In this document: positions 57,667 to 64,000 of the stretch, piece by piece
Layout of the letters: every line of letters starts with the position of its first letter
How positions within the stretch are numbered: the first letter of the stretch is position 1
Origin: a virus
Virus record (IMG/VR): IMGVR_UViG_3300035698_012504
Span: 122,694-186,693 of that record
Reading direction: 5' to 3' (one strand)
Length of the DNA: 64,000 nucleotides
Notes under the pieces: model-generated
Told to the model about the DNA's origin: nothing
Seen by the model: only the letters and a program-made list of their open reading frames with translations
Database searches by the model: none
Made by a program: the position numbers and the translations under genes

Positions 57667-59415
57667 ATGGCAGTTGTAACAACTAACTCAGTAGAAAAAG
57701 CTAATTTAATAATTAAATATAAAAAGGATCCTATTAAATTTATGGAAGAGTGTATTAAAATACCTGTTCCAGGTGGCTCCCAATTCATTAAATTGTATGA
57801 ACCACAGAAAAGAATTGTAAAGGATTTTTTAATAAATCATGATTTAATCCTATTAAAAAGCAGACAGATTGGTATGAGTACTATCTGTCAAGCTATGATA
57901 GCATATCTAAGTATTTTCTTTGACAACTGTATAATTGGATTAGTATCTAGAGATAATGCTGAGGCGTCTGACTTTTGTAGAAAAGTAAAGGACATGTTAT
58001 TCCATCTTCCTGATTGGATTAAACCAGAATATGCTAATGATCAGATACAATATTTTGTATTAACAAACGGTTCAGCACTATATGCAGCAACTATACCTAC
58101 CACTAACCCAGCTTCTACTCTTCGTGGTAAAGCAATTACTATGTTAGTTGTAGATGAGGCAGCCTTCTTAAGAAACATAGACGATGCATGGACAGCTCTT
58201 TCTCAGTCAGTAAATAGATCGCAGCAGGATGCAAAGGCAGCAGGAATTCCATATGGAAACATAGTTATTTCTACTCCAAATAAAACAGAGGGTATAGGTA
58301 AGTGGTATTTTAATAACTATCAAAAGGCAAAGAGAAAAGAAAATCAATTTATTCCTCATGAGATCCACTGGTCTGAGATTCCACTGTTTAAAAATGATCC
58401 ATTTTGGTATGTTCGACAATGCAATCTATTAAATAATGATCAAAGAAAGATTGCTCAAGAGTTAGAACTCAAATTCATTGGTACAGATAGTACATTGTTT
58501 GATGCAGATACTCAGGAAGCTTTACAGGAAGGAGACAGAACTCCATTAAAAGAAATGAAATTAAAATGGGGTGGAGAACTTTTTATATTTAGTGAAAGAC
58601 AACATGGTAAATTTTATATCATAGGAGTGGACACTGCTTCCTCTGCGGGTGATGACTTCTCTGGTATCCAGGTGATGGACTTTGAAACATGTGAACAGAT
58701 TATGGAGTATAAAGGAAAGCTAGAGCCTAAAATGTTTTCCGAAGTAGTTAAGATGGTAGCCAGAATGGTACCACATAATATAATAGTTGTAGAAAATACA
58801 GGTGGGTTTGGATTAACTGTAATAAATGAATTACAATTCGATACACAAACTAAGTTTAACATCTTCGGTGAGTTTAGAGGTAAGAATAAACCCAATCATA
58901 GTAGCAGTAGAAGTCATAAGAAAGAACAAAATAAACAATTCGTATATGGATTAAGTACTAATGGTAAATCTAGACCATTGATTTTAGATTCTTTATTTGA
59001 TTATGTAACTACAGATACAAATACAATTAAGTCTGAGAGATTAGCCATGGAGTTATTAGGACTCACAAATAAAAATGATAAGATTCAAGCTGACTTAGGA
59101 TTCAATGATGACTTAGCATTATCATGGGGCTTCTGTTGTTACGTAAGAAAATACTGTTCAGTACAATTAGGAAACACATCCACTGTAACCCAGAGCGAAC
59201 TAGAGACTATGCCATTAGAGAATACAATAGACAATATAATAAAAATGAATAATACGAATGGATCATTGTATTTAGATTCATTAGAACAAGAACCTAAACA
59301 ATTTAAAAAGTCATTAGAGAGATACATTAAAGAAAATGTAGGAACCAAACTTACTGGTCATGTAAATGTAATGGACCTTTGGAGACAAGATAATGAGCAA
59401 GCCGGTAAATATTAA
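57667..59415 (+). CDS. terL: terminase large subunit
   Basis: LLKSRQIGMST (degenerate terminase Walker A SRQxGK(S/T)). MLVVDEAAFL (Walker B). Nuclease-domain acidic motifs IIGVDTASSAGDDFSGIQVMD. Confidence 0.7.
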   Translation: MAVVTTNSVEKANLIIKYKKDPIKFMEECIKIPVPGGSQFIKLYEPQKRIVKDFLINHDLILLKSRQIGMSTICQAMIAYLSIFFDNCIIGLVSRDNAEASDFCRKVKDMLFHLPDWIKPEYANDQIQYFVLTNGSALYAATIPTTNPASTLRGKAITMLVVDEAAFLRNIDDAWTALSQSVNRSQQDAKAAGIPYGNIVISTPNKTEGIGKWYFNNYQKAKRKENQFIPHEIHWSEIPLFKNDPFWYVRQCNLLNNDQRKIAQELELKFIGTDSTLFDADTQEALQEGDRTPLKEMKLKWGGELFIFSERQHGKFYIIGVDTASSAGDDFSGIQVMDFETCEQIMEYKGKLEPKMFSEVVKMVARMVPHNIIVVENTGGFGLTVINELQFDTQTKFNIFGEFRGKNKPNHSSSRSHKKEQNKQFVYGLSTNGKSRPLILDSLFDYVTTDTNTIKSERLAMELLGLTNKNDKIQADLGFNDDLALSWGFCCYVRKYCSVQLGNTSTVTQSELETMPLENTIDNIIKMNNTNGSLYLDSLEQEPKQFKKSLERYIKENVGTKLTGHVNVMDLWRQDNEQAGKY

Positions 59416-60274
59416 TGAATTTTTAGAACTCTCTCCTGTTATGTTAAAACCATATGGGATAGTTGGGAGTCAGATGATACACTCCAACGAAAAGATTGGA
59501 GAGAATACTAAAGATTGGTGCAGCAAATCAAAAATCACAAAAGATATAAATGCTAAAATATCAGAGGGAATAGATAAGAAAAGAATCATACCTGGATACT
59601 TAGACTCAAGTACAGTTTCTTTTTTATTTAAAAAACTTCTATATAAAAATAGAGGTACTACTACTCTAGGGTTTTATGCATCCAATACTAAGAACATTGC
59701 ATTAGTATTAGATAAGAATGTTACATTTTTTGGTAAGGCTATGAGAGAACTACCACCAATATTAGTACATGAGCTCGTTCACTTTGTTGCTAACATAGAC
59801 ACCAAATTATTTTTAAAGTATTCATTGGGTCCTTATATTGCACCATTCTATAAAGAATTTTTTAGATCTATGCTGCCCAATGAATATAAAAAAATAGATC
59901 AGAAAAGACTTAGAGAGTTTGCAATAGAATTAACGCTTATATCTGATGGTATGGAAAGTGTATTTAGTTTAAAAAACCACGCAGCTATATTGAATAGTTT
60001 TTTAACTACATTTTTAAGTAAGGATAGAGCGGATGAAGTAACAACAAATATGATAGGATCGTATGCATATTTTGTAATGGGAAAATCTAAGTATCGTATA
60101 TGTGCCAAAAGAACATTGCCTCACTATTTTAAAGCGTATGATTCGCTCGGTGTGGATGGGAGAATAACCACTCCATGTCAAGAAGCTATTTATCCATCAG
60201 AAATAGTAGCAATATGTAATGAATTTAAACCTTCAAGATTTACAATAACTATGATTAATAATCTTAAACTGTAG
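59393..60274 (+). CDS. hypothetical protein
   Basis: 293-aa ORF overlapping the terminase stop. Confidence 0.4.
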   Translation: MSKPVNINEFLELSPVMLKPYGIVGSQMIHSNEKIGENTKDWCSKSKITKDINAKISEGIDKKRIIPGYLDSSTVSFLFKKLLYKNRGTTTLGFYASNTKNIALVLDKNVTFFGKAMRELPPILVHELVHFVANIDTKLFLKYSLGPYIAPFYKEFFRSMLPNEYKKIDQKRLREFAIELTLISDGMESVFSLKNHAAILNSFLTTFLSKDRADEVTTNMIGSYAYFVMGKSKYRICAKRTLPHYFKAYDSLGVDGRITTPCQEAIYPSEIVAICNEFKPSRFTITMINNLKL

Positions 60275-60282
60275 GATAAGAT

Positions 60283-63200
60283 ATGTCAGAAGAAGATTTC
60301 AAAAAAGAAAAACAAGAACTAGCAAAAAGTCTCGGTGGGCTAAGTAAGACCATTACTCAAAGCTCTTCAGAAGTCGAACGTGCATCTAGAAAAGCTGCTA
60401 TAACTATGAATAAAGGAATTATTCAAGGCACCCAGCAGATGGAAGAGATACGTAAGATGGCTAAGGATAGAATTACTAAGTCCATGATTAAATCTATGGA
60501 CACTGAAGTAAGTAAAGTAAAAAATGCAAACAAAGAGGGATTGAAAGTTATCACTGAGGCTACAGATTCTCTCTTCACTTCAGTAGATAGTATGACTACT
60601 AATTTTGAAACAATAAATGATTCATCTGAAAAGATGGCTAAAGCATCTTCAGATATTGGAGACTCTGTTTCTGAATTTGGAGACATGACTGCAGAGCACT
60701 CTGATAGATTAGACTATGTGATGAAAGGATTTGAATCATCTTCCCTGAAGTTGGCGAAGGGTGTCTTTGGTGCTACTAAAGCTATTAGTTTTTTAAGTGT
60801 TAAGTATGGTGCGAAGACAGGTGTGGCTGCTACAAAGAAGGCTGCACGTATAGCCACTGCTCCAATCAGAGCTCCTCTGAGAGTCATGGGTGAAGCTAGA
60901 GATAAGGTGCTTGATCCCGCTAGACAAGAAACAGATAATATAGTAGATAATTTTAAAGGTCTCCTGGGCGCTGGACTGATAGGTGGAAAGGGAGGTCCTG
61001 TAGCTGCGGATGCAAATGCAATGGTAAGAACTGGGTTCAGTTCTATATTTGGAAAGAAAGGAGATGAAGGTGAAGGTGGCTCTGGAACAATATCAAAAAT
61101 ACTCGGGGCATCTAAAGATATTACCTTAGCTGGTTTTGGTGGTCTACAGAATACGATGGGTGAGATGGTTGGGTGGATAAAAAATATACCTGGTGCTAAG
61201 CAAGGAAGAGATGGCAATGAATGGGCCAAAGATTTAAAAAGAGATGCAGCAAAAGGATCATTTAGATTAGCATCTAGTGGGGAAATAGTAGGACCAGAAG
61301 ATGATTATGAAATAAAATCTGATAATAGGGGTGCAAATATAATCCTCTCTACAAAAGAAAAAGATATTGATGGTGGTAGTGAAATGGATGATCCAGTCGT
61401 AAAAAGACTGGAAGATATAAAACAAGTAGCTGTTGCCCACGCCGCGCATGAAGGAGTTCAACTCAGAAGAATGCCTGGAGTTAGACAAGGTAAGAGTAGA
61501 ATACTATGGACTCAGAATGAAAGAGAATCGAAAGATGACAAGGGACCGAAATCCCCAGAGATGCCTGGGTTCCTTGGAGAACAGTTCTCTAATATATTTG
61601 GTATTAAATCTGTTATTGGTTATGCTCTTCCATTCTTTGGTATGGGTTATAGATCTGAATTACCTAACCCCAGATCTATAGGAGTTATTCCAGCAATATA
61701 TAAAGTACTATCTCTTATATATGTGCATGCTAGATTTGCATCAGATGAAATTAATGGTTTAGTATATCAACAGTCTAGATTAATACAAGAAGGATTTGGA
61801 ATAGAAGGTAATCTAAAAAGACCTAAGTCTAGATCTATTGGTCAATGGCTTGGTTCTGCTATTAAAAGTAGAATAGCTCAAGAGTTAATTAAACAAAAAC
61901 AGGATCCAGACTCTCAACTTAATAAAATAATGGGACAATTTATTAAGAGTGAAGAGTATCAAAAGATGGCTGGAGACTTAGTAGATTCATATATTGAACA
62001 TGGACGAGAAGCCGACTTCAAAATTGCTGAAGGGGGTCAAGCAGGTATACTTATAGGCATAAGGGATATACTTCAAAAGCAATTAGAGTTCTTTTTAAAT
62101 ATAAAAAGGTTTGCTGATGGTGGTACTGTTGGCGAACACGGTGGAGAGTTAATCATTGCTGGAGAGAAAGGTAAAGAAAAGATATCATCTGCTCAGGAAA
62201 CTGCACAAGAAGAAAAATCAAATGTTGCACAGGCTAAAGATAAGTCTAAAATAAGAGATGAAGGTCTAGCTAAAAACAAGGAAGGCGAAGAAGGAGGCGG
62301 TGGAGCTAAAGGAATCTTTGGAAAGATAGGAGCATTCTTTGGAGCCTTAGTTAATTTAAAAAGTATTAAGGAATCATTACTAGGTATGTGGGAAAGTATT
62401 AAGAAGATCCCATCTCTCCTATCTAATGCTATATTCGGGAAAATAGATGGAGAAGGAAATACACAAGGCGGAATAATAAGTTTACTTATAGGAATTAAAG
62501 ATGGGATAGTGGCAATGGCTACGGGTTTAAAAGAAGGACTAGGTTCTCTTTGGGATGATACTGAATGGAAAGAAGGTAAGTTCAAAGGGTTCCAAGAGAA
62601 GCAGGGATTTATTGCTAGATTCTTTGACTTTGTTGTAAGCGCCATATCTTCTGGTCATAGTAAATTAATGGAAACAATTAATAAAGAATTGGATCCTGCT
62701 AATAAATCTATAGGTGAGAGACTCATATTTGCTTATCAGAAGTTAGTACCACAAGCAGTAACCTCTGCTCTGTTCGGAGATACAGATGCAGAAGGAAAAC
62801 CCACTGGTATATTTGGAATAATGAAAGGCATATTTGATGCTGGTTTAAAAGCTGCTAAGGTATTTGGTGAAGCAGGTACTACATTTTTTAATGCTGTCAA
62901 AAATTTTGGAGATTCTTTATCTAAGTATAAAGATTCTGTAAAGGAAATATGGAACGATAAAGAAGCCGGAGGTTTTAAGAAACTTATGGCTCCGCTCACA
63001 GAGATACCAGTTCTTTTAAAGGACTTCATAGATGGTACCATTAAAGTTGGATCTGGATTAATGGAAATAATGAATTCCCAGATGGAACTATATTATGTCC
63101 CAGCTAAAATGAAAAGAATAATGAAGGACATGAGAGTTAAGCTAGCCAAAAATATTTTGTCTGATCCATTTCAACATATATATGAAGCAATAGAAGAAAG

Positions 63201-64000
63201 AATGTTTGACTGGGCACTGTCTTCTTTCCACTCACTTGAGGGTGTGATCGGAGCAATGTTTGGATCAAAAGATGGAGCTGCTACTGCTGGTGTAGCGTAT
63301 AGAGAAGCTGTATGGCAGAAGGCTGCTAAGAAAGAGAAGGAAGGAAAAGCTTACATTCAGAGATTCGGCCTTCCAAATCTTAAAGGAATATGGGCAGGAC
63401 TTGGAAACATTGCTTGGGCTGGTGCGAAACCATATTTCGATTTTGTAGCTAGACTAAAAGATAATATTAAAGAGCTGTGGGCTGGTGTAGAATTCTATGC
63501 TAGAGGTAAATCCTCTGGAGGAAATCTAAGCATAGTATCATTTGTTAAAAGTGTAATGGGAGATGTATTAGATACTTGGACTAATATTATAAATGTTTCT
63601 CATGATATTCATGATAGATTTTCAGATGTCTGGGGTGTATCTGTTATGGGTAGAGATGAAGCTACTGTGTCTGCGATGAATCAAAAACCGATTAAGCCCC
63701 AGAAACCAATTGAGTCCCATGCTAAAGGTGGGGTGATAGGAGAAGGTCAACCAGCCGGTGCTCCTGTGGATATGGTTGGACATGCAGGAGAAGGAGTTCT
63801 ATCTTTAGATGGTCAAAACAATAAAGAAATGTTTTCACCTGTTACAACTATATTAGAACATATGCAGGCAGAACTAGAAGTACATACTGGTTTACTTGGA
63901 CGGTTGATTGAAGAAACAACTAATATTTATTCTGGTAAGGGTCGTAAGAGTCATGGAATCATAGGTGCGATAGTAAGTATTCCTCTCAAAGTTACAGCTG
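60283..64000 (+). CDS. very large Gly/Ala/Lys-rich protein, 3'-partial (tape-measure-like or virion-internal protein)
   Basis: ATG 60283 (frame 1) stays open to the window end. I checked codon by codon over 61441-62220 and inferred the rest from the absence of competing + ORFs and the presence of only low-complexity antisense ORFs. Coiled-coil and glycine-rich segments are typical of tape measure proteins. It is missing from the ORF track because it has no stop in the window. Confidence 0.55.
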   Translation, partial: MSEEDFKKEKQELAKSLGGLSKTITQSSSEVERASRKAAITMNKGIIQGTQQMEEIRKMAKDRITKSMIKSMDTEVSKVKNANKEGLKVITEATDSLFTSVDSMTTNFETINDSSEKMAKASSDIGDSVSEFGDMTAEHSDRLDYVMKGFESSSLKLAKGVFGATKAISFLSVKYGAKTGVAATKKAARIATAPIRAPLRVMGEARDKVLDPARQETDNIVDNFKGLLGAGLIGGKGGPVAADANAMVRTGFSSIFGKKGDEGEGGSGTISKILGASKDITLAGFGGLQNTMGEMVGWIKNIPGAKQGRDGNEWAKDLKRDAAKGSFRLASSGEIVGPEDDYEIKSDNRGANIILSTKEKDIDGGSEMDDPVVKRLEDIKQVAVAHAAHEGVQLRRMPGVRQGKSRILWTQNERESKDDKGPKSPEMPGFLGEQFSNIFGIKSVIGYALPFFGMGYRSELPNPRSIGVIPAIYKVLSLIYVHARFASDEINGLVYQQSRLIQEGFGIEGNLKRPKSRSIGQWLGSAIKSRIAQELIKQKQDPDSQLNKIMGQFIKSEEYQKMAGDLVDSYIEHGREADFKIAEGGQAGILIGIRDILQKQLEFFLNIKRFADGGTVGEHGGELIIAGEKGKEKISSAQETAQEEKSNVAQAKDKSKIRDEGLAKNKEGEEGGGGAKGIFGKIGAFFGALVNLKSIKESLLGMWESIKKIPSLLSNAIFGKIDGEGNTQGGIISLLIGIKDGIVAMATGLKEGLGSLWDDTEWKEGKFKGFQEKQGFIARFFDFVVSAISSGHSKLMETINKELDPANKSIGERLIFAYQKLVPQAVTSALFGDTDAEGKPTGIFGIMKGIFDAGLKAAKVFGEAGTTFFNAVKNFGDSLSKYKDSVKEIWNDKEAGGFKKLMAPLTEIPVLLKDFIDGTIKVGSGLMEIMNSQMELYYVPAKMKRIMKDMRVKLAKNILSDPFQHIYEAIEERMFDWALSSFHSLEGVIGAMFGSKDGAATAGVAYREAVWQKAAKKEKEGKAYIQRFGLPNLKGIWAGLGNIAWAGAKPYFDFVARLKDNIKELWAGVEFYARGKSSGGNLSIVSFVKSVMGDVLDTWTNIINVSHDIHDRFSDVWGVSVMGRDEATVSAMNQKPIKPQKPIESHAKGGVIGEGQPAGAPVDMVGHAGEGVLSLDGQNNKEMFSPVTTILEHMQAELEVHTGLLGRLIEETTNIYSGKGRKSHGIIGAIVSIPLKVTA

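Noticed and set aside
60423-63041. Several minus-strand ORFs (60423-60686, 60714-61229, 62193-62645, 62736-63041)
   Set aside because: Ala/Pro/Ser-rich low-complexity products that are simply the antisense of the long Gly/Ala-rich + strand gene starting at 60283.
1-64000. Search for tRNA, rRNA and CRISPR arrays
   Set aside because: I scanned intergenic regions for GTTCRANYC T-loops with matching acceptor stems and for regularly spaced direct repeats. None were found. The only repeats are the 12-bp pair at 8799 and 9179 and the promoter-like motif copies.

Overview
This window is an AT-rich (roughly one-third GC) segment of a jumbo bacteriophage of the phiKZ-like / nucleus-forming type. Every credible gene is on the + strand, packed with overlapping stop/start codons and AGGAG-type ribosome binding sites. 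It contains two multisubunit RNA polymerase gene sets with split beta-prime: a beta-prime C-terminal fragment carrying a LAGLIDADG intein at the trigger loop (1-1322) followed by a full beta (3101-7144), and a beta-prime N-terminal fragment with NADFDGD (42271-45069) followed by a second beta (45681-48698). A free-standing homing-endonuclease gene sits between the beta-prime C fragment and the first beta. There is a type II topoisomerase pair, an SF2 helicase interrupted by a second LAGLIDADG intein that appears to begin with alanine, and an Mre11/Rad50 pair. An apparent RNA-repair island holds a Hen1-like 2'-O-methyltransferase fused to an RNA-ligase-like nucleotidyltransferase, a NADAR protein and an HD phosphohydrolase fused to a Pnk-like kinase. 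7-deazaguanine pathway genes are present (QueD; a glutamine-amidotransferase/QueC fusion). A translationally coupled E2-like / E1 (ThiF/MoeB) / JAB(JAMM) ubiquitin-like conjugation operon abuts the Gat-QueC gene, with a second E1-like and a second E2-like paralog nearby. Also present are a MoxR AAA+/VWA-HExxH pair, a ribosomal protein bS21 homolog, a terminase large subunit and the start of a giant tape-measure-like ORF. Four copies of a conserved AT-rich promoter-like motif (TATATATTAAATAGTGA) each precede a small, unusually GC-rich gene or GC-rich island. GC-rich hairpins stand out against the AT-rich background as terminator-like elements. I recognised no tRNA, rRNA or CRISPR array. All functional calls come from motif recognition by eye, not database searches.
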